Shown here: positions 20,858 to 36,092 of the stretch, in pieces
How positions within the stretch are numbered: position 1 is the stretch's first letter
Layout of the letters: each line of letters opens with the position of its first letter
From: a bacterium
Lineage (GTDB): Bacteria; SAR324; NAC60-12
DNA length: 64,000 bases
NCBI GenBank assembly: GCA_965205865.1
Contig: CBDBHR010000025.1
Coordinates: forward strand, 207,860 to 271,859
Direction: 5' to 3'
The notes under the pieces: model-generated
What the model saw: only the letters and a program-made list of their open reading frames with translations
What the model was told of the DNA's origin: nothing
The model's database searches: none
Position numbers and translations under genes: made by a program

Positions 20858-21931
20858 ATGACTCTGAAAAAAATTGCTGTGCTGCCTGGAGATGGCATTG
20901 GTCAGGAAGTCGTGGAGCAAGCAGTCAAAATTTTAAAGCATCTGGCACCGCGTTTTGATTTGCAATTGGAACTTCCGGAAGAGGCAGTGGGTGGAACTGC
21001 TTACGACATGACAGGCAACCCTCTGCCTGATAAGACATTAGAGGTTTGTAAAAACGCGGATGCTGTTTTATTGGGTGCCGTAGGCGGTCCCAAATGGGAA
21101 TCTCTACACTTTTCTGTTCGTCCCGAACGGGCATTGCTGGGCTTGCGTTCCGAATTGGGATTGTATGCCAACTTGAGGCCTGCCCAAATTTATGGAGATC
21201 TGGTCGAGGCATCCACCTTAAAAAAGGAGGTTGTGGAAGGAACCGATATCATGGTGATCCGCGAATTGACAGGCGGGATATATTTCGGAGAGCCTCGCGG
21301 GGTGGAAATCCGCAATAACGAACGAGTCGGCTTCAACACATTGATCTATTCCGAATCCGAAATTCAACGTATCGCCAGGGTCGGATTTGAAACAGCTCGG
21401 AAACGTTCTAAAAAATTAACTTCGGTGGATAAGCACAATGTGCTGGAATCCACGGAACTGTGGCGCGAAGTGGTCAACGAAGTTTCCAAGGACTATCCGG
21501 ACATTACCCTCAACCACATGTATGTCGACAACGCGACCATGCAGCTGATCCGGGATCCTAAACAATTCGACACGATCGTCACCACCAATATGTTCGGAGA
21601 CATCCTCAGCGACGGCGCCGCCATGCTGACGGGTTCTATCGGCATGCTCCCTTCTGCCAGCATTGGTGGGCAGATTGGACTTTATGAACCGGTTCATGGA
21701 ACCGCCCCCGATATCCAAGGCAAAGATCTGGCCAATCCTTTGGCGACGATTTTATCCGTGGGTATGATGTTCCGCTATTCTTTCGATCTCACAGATGCGG
21801 ATGTGATGATTCAGCAAGCCGTCGTTGCCACACTCGACAAGTATCGTACCGGCGATATTATGACTGCCGGCAAAACGCAGATTGGCTGCCAGGAAATGGG
21901 AGATCGGGTTCTGGAACGCCTGCAAGGGTAA
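20858..21931 (+). CDS. leuB: 3-isopropylmalate dehydrogenase
   Basis: [32 protein letters not shown] and [10 protein letters not shown]. Confidence 0.97.
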   Translation: MTLKKIAVLPGDGIGQEVVEQAVKILKHLAPRFDLQLELPEEAVGGTAYDMTGNPLPDKTLEVCKNADAVLLGAVGGPKWESLHFSVRPERALLGLRSELGLYANLRPAQIYGDLVEASTLKKEVVEGTDIMVIRELTGGIYFGEPRGVEIRNNERVGFNTLIYSESEIQRIARVGFETARKRSKKLTSVDKHNVLESTELWREVVNEVSKDYPDITLNHMYVDNATMQLIRDPKQFDTIVTTNMFGDILSDGAAMLTGSIGMLPSASIGGQIGLYEPVHGTAPDIQGKDLANPLATILSVGMMFRYSFDLTDADVMIQQAVVATLDKYRTGDIMTAGKTQIGCQEMGDRVLERLQG

Positions 21932-21988
21932 AACCAATATAAAAAGAGACTTTCTGGCACTTTTTTTATTCGCAGGGATTGGTAAATT

Positions 21989-24570
<2,582 letters not shown>

Positions 24571-25514
24571 GCGGGAGGCAAGCTACAAGATGTGATCCGC
24601 CAGGCAACCGCTCGCGGTTTCACTCATTATGGCCTCTCCGAGCATATGCCTCGAGCCCGCATAGAAGATTTTTATCCGGAAGAACATCAACGGCACCGCA
24701 CTCCCGAGCAACTCGAACAAATGTTTGCCATGTATATCCGGGAAGCCCGCCAGTTACAACATGATTATAGAGAACGATTGCATATCTTGGTCGGCATGGA
24801 AACCGAAATGACAGAGGACAGTTTCACCCAAATTGAACTAATCCGTAACCGCTATTCTCCTGATTACCTGGTAGGATCTCTCCACCATGTTCAGGGAATT
24901 CCTTTTGATTACAGCCTTCAAGAATATGAGAAATTGAAACAAGTGTTGGGGGGAACAGAAGCTGTTTATGGCGCCTATTATGATGCCCAATTGCAATTGA
25001 TGAGGAAATTTCACCCCGGGGTTATTGGCCATTTTGACCTCATTCGTCTCTATGAACCCGATTTCTCGCTTTCCAAAAAAACTTGGGAAAAAATAAAAAG
25101 AAATCTTGCTTACGGTATTTCCTATGATGCCCTTTTTGAGGTCAATGCGCGAGCTTTCAAGAAAAAATTGAACGCCCCCTACCCCCAAGCCGAAATTCTT
25201 CAAAAGCTTCTTGCCATGGGAGGGAAAATTACACTGGGAGATGACTCGCACCATCCTGAAGAAGTCGGACTGAATTTTGATCGGCTCTTTCATTTTCTGA
25301 AAGCACAGGACGTTTCTTCAATTTATGCGCTCGAAAAAGACGACAAAGGACAGTTGATCCAGAAAATCATACCGCTTTCTCCCATTGGTATTTCCCACAA
25401 AAATCTTGCCAAAACCCTTTACAATGCATAAGATTGCCTCGAAAAAAAAAGTGGCGCAGTTTGACCTTTTGAGACTCGCGATGCGTGTTTTTCTCAAACT
25501 CGAAGGAGGATATT

Positions 25515-26303
25515 TTGAACATAATTGTACTGATCAAACAAGTGGTAGACGTTGAATTGAATCTTCGCGTTAAAAATGAAGCCCTTCTGGAAGAGGGTCT
25601 CAACTATGTGATCAGCGGTTGGGACGAAGTGGCAATTGAAGCGGCTTTGCAATTGGTTGAAAACGTGGGGAAGGGGGAAATCACTTTGCTCACCATCGGG
25701 CCCGAACGTGCGTCCGACGCTTTGCGCAAAGGATTGGCCATGGGTGCGGATAAAGCCGTTCACGTACTGGACCCGGCATTCGATGGCTCTGATTCTTTTG
25801 CATATGCGCGAGGATTGGCCAAACTCCTGGCAGGACAAAGTTACGATCTCGTGCTGGCCGGAAAACAATCCCAGGATACCGATGCCGGCCTGACTCCATC
25901 GATGCTGGCCGAATTCCTTGATCTTCCTCAAGTGAGCAACGTCGTCGAAATCGAACAAATCGCGTCCGACAAATTGCTTTTGCATCGTAAAGGAGATCAC
26001 GGCAATGAAGTGATCGAACTCTCTCTTCCTGCTGTCGTCACTGTCAATGACAGTCTTTTCGAACCTCGCCTGGCGTCTTTGCGAGGCATTATGCAAGCTA
26101 AGAAAAAACCTATGGACATTCTGCATCTTGCTGCAGTTGGAATTGATGCGACGAAAGTTGGCGAAGCAGGACGGCAAACCAGGATTGTCCGTTTCCTGGA
26201 ACCGGAAGCACGGAAAGCGGGACAAAAATTTGAAGGCAACGAAGAAGAAACGACCAGACAGGTATTGGATCTTCTTGTCAACGAAGCAAAAATATTTGCA
26301 TAG
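25515..26303 (+). CDS. etfB: Electron transfer flavoprotein beta subunit
   Basis: IIVLIKQV, ALRKGLAMGAD, GKQSQDTD and EPRLASLRGIMQAKKK; RBS AAGGAGG before TTG. Confidence 0.95.
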   Translation: MNIIVLIKQVVDVELNLRVKNEALLEEGLNYVISGWDEVAIEAALQLVENVGKGEITLLTIGPERASDALRKGLAMGADKAVHVLDPAFDGSDSFAYARGLAKLLAGQSYDLVLAGKQSQDTDAGLTPSMLAEFLDLPQVSNVVEIEQIASDKLLLHRKGDHGNEVIELSLPAVVTVNDSLFEPRLASLRGIMQAKKKPMDILHLAAVGIDATKVGEAGRQTRIVRFLEPEARKAGQKFEGNEEETTRQVLDLLVNEAKIFA

Positions 26304-26369
26304 TTGGATATGATTTTCTCTTTTCAAAACCCGGAACTTTCATCAATCAGATAATCAAGGAATGAACGA

Positions 26370-27335
26370 ATGACAAAAATACTCGTAGTTGCCGAAGTGA
26401 AAGGGAGAGAAATCAAAAAACCGACTTTGGAGTTGCTTTCTCACGCAAAAAATTTAAACCTTGAAAGCGAGGCGATTTTGATGGGTGATGGCATCAGTGA
26501 TCGAGCCGAAATCCTGGCAGGTTATGGTGCCCGTAAAGTTTACGTTGCCGATGATTCATCGATAGCTCTCTATCATACTGCCACATACACTGCCCTTGTC
26601 GTGGATGCTGTCAAGCAATCGGGCGCTTCTCAAGTGTGGCTATGCGCTTCAGAGTTGGGGAGGGACCTGACCCCTCGTGTGGCTGCTCGACTGGGGGTTG
26701 GCGCCCTTTCTGATAATATCAGATTAAATGTCAACGGAGATGAATTGGTTACGCGACGTCCCTGTATGGCGAGCAAAGTCATTCAGGAGTGTACCTTCAC
26801 TCATGAAGGAATCCGGGTACTGAGCGTTCGTGGCGGCGCATTCGATATCATTCCCGCAAACACGGCCCCCGCGAACGTGGTGAATCTCTCGCTGCCTGCG
26901 CGAGACATGCGGACTTTGGTGAAGGAATTGGTGAGTGAAAGCGCTGGTGAGATCGATTTACTCGAAGCCCGCATTGTCGTATCGGTCGGCCGCGGCGTGA
27001 AAGGACCCGAAGGGGTTGAAATGGTCCGTCCTTTGTCTCGAGCATTGGGAGCCGCTTTCGGATCTTCAAGAGCCGTCTGTGATGCGGGTTGGATGCCGCA
27101 TACTGCTCAAGTGGGTCAAACCGGAAAAGTGGTTACCCCGGATGTTTATTTTGCCATTGGCATTTCAGGCGCTATCCAGCATTTGGCTGGCATGAGTGGA
27201 TCCAAATTGATCGTTGCCATCAATAAAGACCCCGATGCCCCGATATTCAAGGTCGCCGACTATGGCATTGTCGGCGATTTGTTCAAGGTCGTACCCCTCT
27301 TGATTGAAGAAATCAAAAAAATGAAGGGAAGCTGA
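26370..27335 (+). CDS. etfA: Electron transfer flavoprotein alpha subunit
   Basis: [21 protein letters not shown] and [11 protein letters not shown]. Confidence 0.97.
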   Translation: MTKILVVAEVKGREIKKPTLELLSHAKNLNLESEAILMGDGISDRAEILAGYGARKVYVADDSSIALYHTATYTALVVDAVKQSGASQVWLCASELGRDLTPRVAARLGVGALSDNIRLNVNGDELVTRRPCMASKVIQECTFTHEGIRVLSVRGGAFDIIPANTAPANVVNLSLPARDMRTLVKELVSESAGEIDLLEARIVVSVGRGVKGPEGVEMVRPLSRALGAAFGSSRAVCDAGWMPHTAQVGQTGKVVTPDVYFAIGISGAIQHLAGMSGSKLIVAINKDPDAPIFKVADYGIVGDLFKVVPLLIEEIKKMKGS

Positions 27336-27386
27336 TCGCCTGTGTGAAACCGGTCATTCTTTCTCGTACTTTAACAGAAAACAAAC

Positions 27387-29435
27387 ATGAATCCGATTTT
27401 GATCAGTTTGATGTTGATCCTTTCTTTGGCAACCTTTGCTTATTTTATCTACGTGAAGGTCCACATATTGCTGCTCGTTGCTCCGGAAAATCGATTCAAT
27501 CGGATACCTGAACGGATCAAACAGTTGTTTGACTTGGGCATCAAACAGCGCCGGCTCATTGGGCGCAAGCATGAGCGTGCTTCCGGGGCTATGCATAGTT
27601 TTATTTTCTGGGGATTCCTCGTCCTTGGATTACGCTCGCTGATTCTTTTAGGAGAGGGCTTCACGCCAGGATTTCAAGATTTGCTTCCCTTACTTCATTC
27701 GGATTCGGTGTTGGGATATCTTTATACTCTGCTCAAAGATATTTTTGAAGGCATCGTCTTGTGCATGGTTCTTTTTGCCCTTTATCGCCGAATCATTCTC
27801 AGACCATCTCGCCTTTCCAACAGCTTTGCCGCCTTTCTGATCTTAGGATTGATTGGCACGCTAATGGTCACCGATTTAATTTACGATGCTGCCAAATTCA
27901 AGCTGATTACCCTCCATCAGATAGAATTGGAATACTTACGCAGTCCGATCTATGGCAGTGAGATGGTATGGGCGCCCCTTGCTTTTCTGGTCAGCAAAAT
28001 CCTGGCGGGATTGGGTGAAACAGCAACATGGGGTTTTTACTACTTCGCATATTGGATCCATGTAAGCGTCCTACTGACATTCTTACCCATCCTTCCAGGC
28101 TCGAAACACATGCACGTGATCACTGCATTGCCCAACGTTTTTTTTGGTTCCCTGGATTATCCACACGCTCCGGCTCCTTTGCTGGATTGTGAAAATGAAG
28201 AAGCGTGGGAAAACGAAAATCTCGGTATGAGCCGAATCGAACACCTCTCGTGGAAACAGGTTCTTGATTTATATACCTGCACCGAATGCGGTCGATGCAA
28301 AGCGGTCTGTCCGACCTACGTGACCTTCAAACCTTTGACTTTGATGGACATGAACGACAGCTTGAAGCAACATCTGGAAGAAGAAATTCCCTCTTTGAAA
28401 AAGCAGCGGAAAAGCAGTGGTAGGAAACAATTGGTGGGAGACGTCATCCATCCGGACACCTTGTGGGCCTGTACGACATGCAGGGCCTGTGAGGAAGTTT
28501 GTCCGGTTGGCATCGAACATGTGCCTCGTATCATTGCTATGAGACAAGCGCAAAATTTGCTTTATGAAGCGCAGCCCGTTGAAATCAATAACGCCTACAA
28601 AGGGATGGAACGCAATGCCAATCCCTGGGGTATCGGCTACGATCAGCGCGCAGATTGGGCCAAGGATTTGAAGATCCCACAAATGTCGGAATCCAATGCA
28701 GACCAGATAGACGTGTTGATGTGGGTTGGCTGTGCGGGTTCCTTCGACGATCGCAATCAAAGAGTAGCAAGAGCAACCGCCCGGATTCTGCAAAAAGCCG
28801 ACATAAAATTTGCTATTTTAGGCAGTGAAGAAAAGTGCACGGGCGATCTGGCCCGTCGCTCGGGAAACGAAATGCTTTACCAGATGCTGGCAGGAGAAAA
28901 TGTTGAAAGATTGAATCAATACAAAATCAAAAAGGTGGTAACACAATGTCCTCATTGCCTCAATGCGCTGAAAAACGAATACCCTCAACTGGGAGGGAAG
29001 TATGAGGTCTATCACCATTCTCAGTTTATCGCTCAATTGCTGGAAGAAGGTAAATTGGAACTCCAACCTGAAATCGAAGGGAAAGTCACATTCCATGATC
29101 CTTGTTACTTAGGGCGCTACAACAAAGAATATGAGGCGCCCCGCCGCCTGATCGATGCAGTGACACAAGAAAAAAAGCTGGAAATGCCAAGAAGCCGCAA
29201 TGAAAGTTTTTGTTGCGGAGCCGGGGGAGCACGCATGTGGTTGGAAGAAACCATCGGTACTCGCGTCAACGAAGAACGCGTCACTCAGGCAGCAGAGATT
29301 GGTGCCACCATGATTGCAACCGCATGTCCTTTTTGCATGACCATGATCCAGGATGGCATCCTGGCAACTGGCAATCAAGAAAAAATCCAAAGTAAAGATA
29401 TCTCGGAATTGATCCTGGACTCTCTACAAACCTGA
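27387..29435 (+). CDS. Membrane-bound Fe-S oxidoreductase (FadF/EMO-like: TM domain, 4Fe-4S dicluster, CCG domains)
   Basis: CTECGRCKAVCP, CTTCRACEEVCP, HDPCYLGR, CCGAGG and ACPFC; follows etfBA. Confidence 0.92.
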   Translation: MNPILISLMLILSLATFAYFIYVKVHILLLVAPENRFNRIPERIKQLFDLGIKQRRLIGRKHERASGAMHSFIFWGFLVLGLRSLILLGEGFTPGFQDLLPLLHSDSVLGYLYTLLKDIFEGIVLCMVLFALYRRIILRPSRLSNSFAAFLILGLIGTLMVTDLIYDAAKFKLITLHQIELEYLRSPIYGSEMVWAPLAFLVSKILAGLGETATWGFYYFAYWIHVSVLLTFLPILPGSKHMHVITALPNVFFGSLDYPHAPAPLLDCENEEAWENENLGMSRIEHLSWKQVLDLYTCTECGRCKAVCPTYVTFKPLTLMDMNDSLKQHLEEEIPSLKKQRKSSGRKQLVGDVIHPDTLWACTTCRACEEVCPVGIEHVPRIIAMRQAQNLLYEAQPVEINNAYKGMERNANPWGIGYDQRADWAKDLKIPQMSESNADQIDVLMWVGCAGSFDDRNQRVARATARILQKADIKFAILGSEEKCTGDLARRSGNEMLYQMLAGENVERLNQYKIKKVVTQCPHCLNALKNEYPQLGGKYEVYHHSQFIAQLLEEGKLELQPEIEGKVTFHDPCYLGRYNKEYEAPRRLIDAVTQEKKLEMPRSRNESFCCGAGGARMWLEETIGTRVNEERVTQAAEIGATMIATACPFCMTMIQDGILATGNQEKIQSKDISELILDSLQT

Positions 29436-29794
29436 TCGTCCATTCTCACTCCAAACCCTCTGTCTTCATTACTCCTCTAAAGTGATATGAAATTTATTCT
29501 GAATTGCTTCAAAAAATTCTCTTCGTTTGCCCGTGTCTTGAAAAGATTGGGGCTCAACAACTGCCACTTTTCCTGGTCATTGCCAAGTTAGTGTCCGACT
29601 GGAACCCCTTGTCCCTTTTAAAGAAAAGGGGGAAGTTAAAACAGTCCTTCTTTAGTAACAATGGTTCTGACTTTTTTTTAATTCTTATTAAATTGAAAAT
29701 AAATCATTTCAAATACTTAGAAAAAGTATCTGAATTATTTACAACTCTGAGTCAGTTTCTCAGTTTGAAATAATTCAAGCAATCCCGATGACTG

Positions 29795-29871
29795 TGTCAT
29801 GCATGACTTGATAAGGCATCCAGGAGTTCTTTGGCAGGCCCCCTGGATTCCTGGGCAAGCCAGGAACGACA
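29795..29871. repeat. RPE-like palindromic repeat
   Basis: TGTCATGCATGACTTGATAAGGCATCCAG ... CTGGATTCCTGGGCAAGCCAGGAACGACA imperfect inverted structure. Confidence 0.6.
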
Positions 29872-30202
29872 TTGATTCTGCGTACGGAACAAAGAATACT
29901 TCATATGTATTTCAAAACTGTCAGAAGTATTGTAGTAAAGTAAAATGGAAAATCGTCGGTTTTCATGACAAAAATCGGAAAAGCTTCTGGAATTCATTTA
30001 TACAAATAAAAAAATCGACAAATTCTATATCTGGTGTTAACATAACGGATTTCCTTTCGTCTCATGAAAGGTTTCGAAAAAGAAGGAAATGCCGCCAACC
30101 ACTTCGCGGTCTCGAGGGACGCGAAGCATTTGCATTTCGCAAAACGGCGAAACGATTAGTCACGCAGCAAGCTGCGTGGGAACAGACCCGAAGAATTAAT
30201 AA

Positions 30203-30649
30203 GTGACTGATACCGAACAGATTGCGCAACTTCTGGAGCCGCCCATCGAAAAAGGGGGTTATGAGTTGTGGGACCTAGAGTATCGAAGAGAAGGAAGCAA
30301 TTGGGTGCTTCGTTTGTTCATTGACCATCCTCGAGGGGTTACTTTGGACGACTGTGTCGCAGTGAATCATATCGTCAATCCAATTTTGGAAGCGCATGAT
30401 CTCATCCTGCAAAAGTACACCCTCGAAGTTTCTTCTCCAGGCATTTATTGTTCTCTTAAGAAAGCAGATCATTTTAAACGGTTTGTCAGGGAAACCATTC
30501 AAATCACGCTTTACCAAGCTGTTTCGAATCGTAAAAAGCTTACAGGACAGCTGGTTTCGGCGACTACAAAAGGATTTGAAATCCTCTTGGAAAACGGAGA
30601 GCGCCTGCAACTGGCATATCAACAAGTGGCCAAGGCGCGAATCAAATAA
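30203..30649 (+). CDS. rimP: Ribosome maturation factor RimP
   Basis: LRLFID, TLDDC and YTLEVSSPG; directly upstream of nusA. Confidence 0.95.
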   Translation: MTDTEQIAQLLEPPIEKGGYELWDLEYRREGSNWVLRLFIDHPRGVTLDDCVAVNHIVNPILEAHDLILQKYTLEVSSPGIYCSLKKADHFKRFVRETIQITLYQAVSNRKKLTGQLVSATTKGFEILLENGERLQLAYQQVAKARIK

Positions 30650-30669
30650 TTTTTCTCAGGAACACAAAA

Positions 30670-32106
30670 ATGGCTGCAGTAAAAGAAAATTTAATGGATG
30701 CGATCAGTGACCTTGCCAGAGAAAAAGGCATTGACCGGGAAGATCTTGTTCAAATTGTGGAAGAAGCTGTAGCTGTAGCAGCGCGCAAAAAGCTGACAAA
30801 CTACAATACGATTGAAGCAGAGGTGAATCAGAAGACCGGGGAAGTTGAATTGTTCCAATACAAACGGGTGGCTGAATTTGCAACCGATCCTGAAAATGAA
30901 ATTCCACTGGAAGAAGCTTTGGCAATGGATGAATCGGCAGAAGAAGGAGATGAAGTCGAATATGAAATCGATGCCAGAGAATTCAATCGCATTGCTCAAA
31001 CAACTCGCCAACTTATCTTTAAAAAGATCAAGGATGCCGAACGGGAAATCATTTTTAAGACCTTCAGCGAACGCAAAGGGGAGATCTTGACAGGGACGGT
31101 GATTCGAACGGAACATGGCGGTCATATTGCGATCAATTTCAATCGTACGGAAGCTTATCTTTTCAGAAGAGAACAGATTCCAAGTGAACGATTTGATCAG
31201 GGCGATCATATTCGTGCTTTTCTGATGGATGTTTCCAATGATCCCAAACAGCCTTCTCAGCTGATGATTTCCAGAACCCATCCCAGTTTCTTGATGAAAC
31301 TGTTTGAGATGGAAGTACCGGAAGTATACGATGGCATTGTCGAAGTGATCAATGCCTCACGGGAACCTGGAAAACGTGCTAAGGTTGCGGTATATTCCAC
31401 CGACAATGATGTCGATCCTGTTGGTGCCTGCGTGGGAATGCGTGGCAGTCGCGTGCAATCGATTGTCAGCGAACTGCGAGGAGAAAAGATCGACATTGTC
31501 CGTTGGAGTGAAGATCTTCCCACTTATCTCGAAAACGCGATGGCGCCTGCAGAGATTGTGCGTATGGGAATCAATGAGGAACAACGGGAAATCAACATTT
31601 GGGTGGAGCAGGATCAGCTTTCTCTGGCAATCGGCAGACAAGGTCAAAACGTTCGACTGGCGTCCAAATTACTTGGTTATAAAATCAACGTATCCTCACT
31701 GGATGAAGGCCCATCGATTTCCATCGAAGATCAAATTGCGCTGGAATTGGAAAAAGAACGTTCCTCCGAAGAAATCGTTCCACGGACAACCCGGGCCGAA
31801 GCCATCGAGCCCGGAGCATCAGAAGTAATCGAGGAGTCCGTTGCTGAAGGAGAAGTAGCTGCAGAAGCAACTGAGGAGCCTGTTTCCCGAGAGGAAACGC
31901 CATCCGAAAATGAACAAACGACAGCAACGGCTGATCAAGCAGTCTCATCGACGGAAACCCTTGTGGAAGACAATCAACAATCAGAAACAACTGTACTAAC
32001 AATAGGCGATCAGGTATTGGAAGAGGTTGGAGCAAAGGACCAGTCGGTATTCCAGGCTGAAGAAGAGTCCGTAACTGCAGAAAAAAAGATTTCGTCCGAA
32101 GATTGA
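30670..32106 (+). CDS. nusA: Transcription termination factor NusA with acidic tail
   Basis: EVPEVYDG, GACVGMRGSRVQ and AIGRQGQNVRLA. Confidence 0.98.
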   Translation: MAAVKENLMDAISDLAREKGIDREDLVQIVEEAVAVAARKKLTNYNTIEAEVNQKTGEVELFQYKRVAEFATDPENEIPLEEALAMDESAEEGDEVEYEIDAREFNRIAQTTRQLIFKKIKDAEREIIFKTFSERKGEILTGTVIRTEHGGHIAINFNRTEAYLFRREQIPSERFDQGDHIRAFLMDVSNDPKQPSQLMISRTHPSFLMKLFEMEVPEVYDGIVEVINASREPGKRAKVAVYSTDNDVDPVGACVGMRGSRVQSIVSELRGEKIDIVRWSEDLPTYLENAMAPAEIVRMGINEEQREINIWVEQDQLSLAIGRQGQNVRLASKLLGYKINVSSLDEGPSISIEDQIALELEKERSSEEIVPRTTRAEAIEPGASEVIEESVAEGEVAAEATEEPVSREETPSENEQTTATADQAVSSTETLVEDNQQSETTVLTIGDQVLEEVGAKDQSVFQAEEESVTAEKKISSED

Positions 32107-32173
32107 ATTGGCATAGAGCAAAACAAAGGTCGTTGAATCACCAGTGTGCCTTAGTTAACAGGAAAAAGGGAGC

Positions 32174-34807
32174 ATGACAAAAAAGACGAAGGTGTTTGAA
32201 TTGGCAAGAGAATTGAACATGCCATCCAAAGATTTGATTCATCAAATGATGACATTCGGGATAGTTGCTGAAAGTAACTTCAAGGGATTGACAGAAGAAG
32301 AGATCATTTTCATCAAATCCAAACTGATAGAGGCCCCTGAGCAAACCGCCTCATCTGATGCCTCCATTGCCCGCACAGGCAGAGTCATTCGTCGTAATAG
32401 TATTTTCGCCAAATCCGATGTCGACGCAACAGAGGTGACACCTGAAAGAAGAGCTCGTCGCATCATCAAAACCAAGAGAACGCCTGAAGTCGAACTTCCC
32501 CCCACAGCTGAAAAACAGGTATCCCCACCTCCTCGCGAAGAAGCGCTTGCTGAAATTGAGAAGGTAACTCTCAAGGCAGAGAAAGAAATTCCTGAAATAC
32601 CCAAAGTCGCACCAGATGAACCTGAAAAACTGCCGGTACTGAAAGCTGCTGATACTCAACCTGCCGCAATAACCAAGTCAGCGCCCACGATTCTTAAAAA
32701 GCAAGCGGACGTCGAGTTAAGGCCCCTCCCGGAAACAAGCGAAAAAGAAATCGCTCCTGCACCAGAAGCTAAAAAAACTGCAGAAGCTGCGACTCCTGAA
32801 GAGAACAAGAAAAAACCGGTCGATTTCATCGACCTCGATTCCAGAAGACCTGCTGCTAAAGAACCAAAACGGGATAAACGCTCCGGTTGGGGAGAAGAAG
32901 TTCTCACCGAAGGATGGACCAAAAAGTCCCCCAAACGCATCCACATTCTGGTTCCTCCTGAAGAAGAAGGAGATCAATGGGAACGAACCCGGCGTAAAAG
33001 AAATCGGCGGAATCGGCAAAAAGTCAAAGTTCTGGAAAAAAGGAAACATACCTTCAACCCCAGAAAGAAAAGCATCAAGATCGGCTCCAGCATCACGGTT
33101 GGTGAATTGGCAGGACAAATTGGCATCAAGGCCACGGACATCATTAAAAAATTGATGGCGATGGATGTGATGGCTACGATCAATCAGAACATTCCAGGAG
33201 AAACCGCCGCTTTGATCGCTTCAGAATTCAATATTGAAGTCGAGTTGGTCACTGCAAATCTCGAAGACGCCTTGGAAATAAAGCAAGAGGAGCAGGAACT
33301 CATCGAGCGCGCGCCGATTGTTACTATCATGGGACACGTGGATCATGGCAAAACGTCGCTGCTGGACAAAATACGAGAAACTCAGGTCTCAGAAGGAGAA
33401 GCCGGGGGGATCACCCAGCATATTGGCGCGTATCGGGTGGGAACCCCGATGGGGGATATCACCTTCCTGGACACTCCGGGTCATGAGGCTTTCACTGCCA
33501 TGCGGGCGCGGGGAGCGAATGTCACCGATATCGTCGTCCTCGTCGTGGCTGCCGATGATGGAGTGCAACCCCAAACAATCGAAGCCATCCATCATGCTCA
33601 GGCGGCAGAAGTTCCCATCATCGTTGTGATCAACAAAATAGATCAACCGCAGGCAAACCCGTCCCGAGTTCAGAGAGAACTGTTGGAACACAGTTTGGTC
33701 AGTGAAGAATTGGGAGGAGAAACTATTTTTGTCAAAGCCTCCGCAAAAACCGGAGAAGGCTTGGAAACCTTGCTGGAAATGATACACCTGCAAGCAGAGG
33801 TGTTGGAACTGAAGGCTCCTGTGACAGGATATGCGCGGGGAACTATTATAGAATCCCAAATCATCAAAGGGCGCGGACCTGTGGGAACGGTTTTGATTCA
33901 ACAAGGGACTTTGAACGTGGGAGATTTCTATGTGGTCGGTGAAACTTTCGGCAAAGTCCGCGCCCTCTTTGATGACAAGGGGCATGCGATTAAAAATGTC
34001 ACCCCATCGACTCCTGCCGAAGTGTTGGGATTCAATAGGGCGCCGAGCATCGGTGAACATTTTATTGTTCTGGATGATGAAAAAGCAGCACGTCAAATTG
34101 CAGAAAATCGAGCCGATAAAAGCAAAGATGACGTGGCGGCTCAACAACAAAAATTGCATTTGGAAAATCTATTCAATCGCATCACCTCGGAAGAGCATGT
34201 GGAATTGAAAATCCTGATCAAGGCAGATGTTTTGGGTTCTGTCGAAGCATTGCAATCCTCCCTTTCCCAATTGGGAAATGAACAGGTTTCCATTCGTTTT
34301 CTGCATACGGGAATTGGAACCATTACCGAAAATGATGTCTTACTGGCTTCTGCGTCGGATGCCATCATTATCGGTTTCAACACCATGCTCGACGTCAATG
34401 CGAAAATCGTCAATGCCCGGGAGGACGTGGACATTCGCCTCTATGAGGTGATCTACAATGCCATTGATGACGCAAAAAAGGCATTGGAAGGATTGCTCAA
34501 ACCCATGCTTCGGGACCAAGTGATCGGCCGATGCGAAGTCCGCCAGATTTTCAATGCCAACAAATCAGGTCAGATTTTGGGGTGCTATGTCACAGAAGGA
34601 AAAATGTTGCGAGATGCATTGGTGCGTATCTTACGAAGTGAAGATGTCATTCACGAAGGAGATTTGATTTCCTTGAAACGTTTCAAAGATGACGTTCTGG
34701 AAGTGTTGAATAACTATGAATGCGGGGTGGTGGTTAATTCTCATGAAGTGGAAGTTGGCGACGTCATTGAAGCTTATGTCCAAGTGGAAGAATCTGCCAC
34801 ATTGTAG
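32174..34807 (+). CDS. infB: Translation initiation factor IF-2
   Basis: [23 protein letters not shown] and [15 protein letters not shown]. Confidence 0.99.
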   Translation: MTKKTKVFELARELNMPSKDLIHQMMTFGIVAESNFKGLTEEEIIFIKSKLIEAPEQTASSDASIARTGRVIRRNSIFAKSDVDATEVTPERRARRIIKTKRTPEVELPPTAEKQVSPPPREEALAEIEKVTLKAEKEIPEIPKVAPDEPEKLPVLKAADTQPAAITKSAPTILKKQADVELRPLPETSEKEIAPAPEAKKTAEAATPEENKKKPVDFIDLDSRRPAAKEPKRDKRSGWGEEVLTEGWTKKSPKRIHILVPPEEEGDQWERTRRKRNRRNRQKVKVLEKRKHTFNPRKKSIKIGSSITVGELAGQIGIKATDIIKKLMAMDVMATINQNIPGETAALIASEFNIEVELVTANLEDALEIKQEEQELIERAPIVTIMGHVDHGKTSLLDKIRETQVSEGEAGGITQHIGAYRVGTPMGDITFLDTPGHEAFTAMRARGANVTDIVVLVVAADDGVQPQTIEAIHHAQAAEVPIIVVINKIDQPQANPSRVQRELLEHSLVSEELGGETIFVKASAKTGEGLETLLEMIHLQAEVLELKAPVTGYARGTIIESQIIKGRGPVGTVLIQQGTLNVGDFYVVGETFGKVRALFDDKGHAIKNVTPSTPAEVLGFNRAPSIGEHFIVLDDEKAARQIAENRADKSKDDVAAQQQKLHLENLFNRITSEEHVELKILIKADVLGSVEALQSSLSQLGNEQVSIRFLHTGIGTITENDVLLASASDAIIIGFNTMLDVNAKIVNAREDVDIRLYEVIYNAIDDAKKALEGLLKPMLRDQVIGRCEVRQIFNANKSGQILGCYVTEGKMLRDALVRILRSEDVIHEGDLISLKRFKDDVLEVLNNYECGVVVNSHEVEVGDVIEAYVQVEESATL

Positions 34808-34812
34808 GAACC

Positions 34813-35163
34813 ATGCGAAACGTAAAAGATGGCATTCAAAATGCTTTGATTCATCGGAAATTATCAGAAATTCTTATCAAAGAGAGCAATGATCCCCGCT
34901 TTAAAAGGGTAACCATCAGCCGTGTTGAGGCTGTCAAAGGACTTTCGGTTGCGCAGATTTATTTTTCTGTTTATCCTCCCGAACAGATTGAAGAACTCAC
35001 CATTTCGCTGAACCATGCCGCCGGTTTTTTCAGCAACAGTCTGGGTCATGCCTTGAAAACAAAAAATACTCCACGCTTGACTTTTATCTACGACAAAGGA
35101 TTTGATTACAGCGGACAAATTGATACAATCCTCAAGCAGGTATCGAAAAAAGAAAATCTTTAA
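34813..35163 (+). CDS. rbfA: Ribosome-binding factor A
   Basis: DPR, TISRVE and TPRLTFIYD; synteny infB-rbfA-truB. Confidence 0.9.
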   Translation: MRNVKDGIQNALIHRKLSEILIKESNDPRFKRVTISRVEAVKGLSVAQIYFSVYPPEQIEELTISLNHAAGFFSNSLGHALKTKNTPRLTFIYDKGFDYSGQIDTILKQVSKKENL

Positions 35164-35172
35164 AAGGTTGAT

Positions 35173-36084
35173 TTGAACACAATTATCAATGTCGATAAAG
35201 AGCAGGGTATCAGCTCCTTCGGCGTGGTCAAGGCACTTAAAAAACTATTCGATGTAAAAAAAGTCGGACATCTGGGGACCTTGGATCCTTTGGCAAGCGG
35301 AGTTTTGCCCGTCTTTATGGGCAAGGCAACCAAGCTCATTTTCCTCTTCAATGGATCAGACAAAGAATATCGCGCTACCTTGAAACTGGGTCAGCAAACC
35401 GACACTCTGGATGCTGAAGGTAAAATCATTACCGAGGCCCGCATCGACCATCTGACCCACGAGGTCATTGAACAATGTCTTTTCCACTACAAAGGGAAAC
35501 AACGCCAGCAAATCCCGGCATTTTCGGCAATCAAGTACAACGGTGTCCCTGCTTACCGCCTTGCCCGAGAGGGAAAGCCGGTGCTGCGCAAAGAAAAAAC
35601 AATTCGTATCGATTCCATTCGGCTCGAGTCGTTTCAACTTCCCCTCGTCGTCATCCGGGTGCGCTGCTCCAGCGGTACTTACATGCGCTCTCTGGCCGAT
35701 GACGTTGGTCAGAGTTTGGGAGTGGGCGCCTATTTGGCTGACTTGCGGCGGCTCGCCGTAGGAGCTTATTTCAATTTGGAAAATGCTCATCCTCTGCAAA
35801 CACTATCCCTCTTCAAGAAACGTGCTGATTTTTCCTGTTGCATCAATCCTGTTGACATTTTAAATGAATTCCATACTGTGTTTGTTAACCAAGAAGCGCA
35901 AAAACGTTTGAGTGATGGACAGTCGCTTCCTCTGGAAACCATACAACCCTCTTCTCCACTCACGGAAAAAGATCTCCCTCTTCTCACCAAAGCAGTCGAT
36001 TCCAAAAAAAACCTGGTGGCGATTGGACAGATTGCTGCTCACGAAAACCACTGTCAATTCAATCCTTCAAAAATCTTTATTTAG
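35173..36084 (+). CDS. truB: tRNA pseudouridine(55) synthase
   Basis: [23 protein letters not shown] and [11 protein letters not shown]. Confidence 0.97.
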   Translation: MNTIINVDKEQGISSFGVVKALKKLFDVKKVGHLGTLDPLASGVLPVFMGKATKLIFLFNGSDKEYRATLKLGQQTDTLDAEGKIITEARIDHLTHEVIEQCLFHYKGKQRQQIPAFSAIKYNGVPAYRLAREGKPVLRKEKTIRIDSIRLESFQLPLVVIRVRCSSGTYMRSLADDVGQSLGVGAYLADLRRLAVGAYFNLENAHPLQTLSLFKKRADFSCCINPVDILNEFHTVFVNQEAQKRLSDGQSLPLETIQPSSPLTEKDLPLLTKAVDSKKNLVAIGQIAAHENHCQFNPSKIFI

Positions 36085-36092
36085 AGAAATGC

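Noticed and set aside
29504-30206. ORFs 29504-29773 and 29799-30206
   Set aside because: AT-rich or overlapping a palindromic repeat, with no RBS or motifs; likely non-coding leader of the rimP operon.
31700-32106. Acidic low-complexity tail of NusA as a novel domain
   Set aside because: Variable acidic C-terminal extensions are common in NusA.
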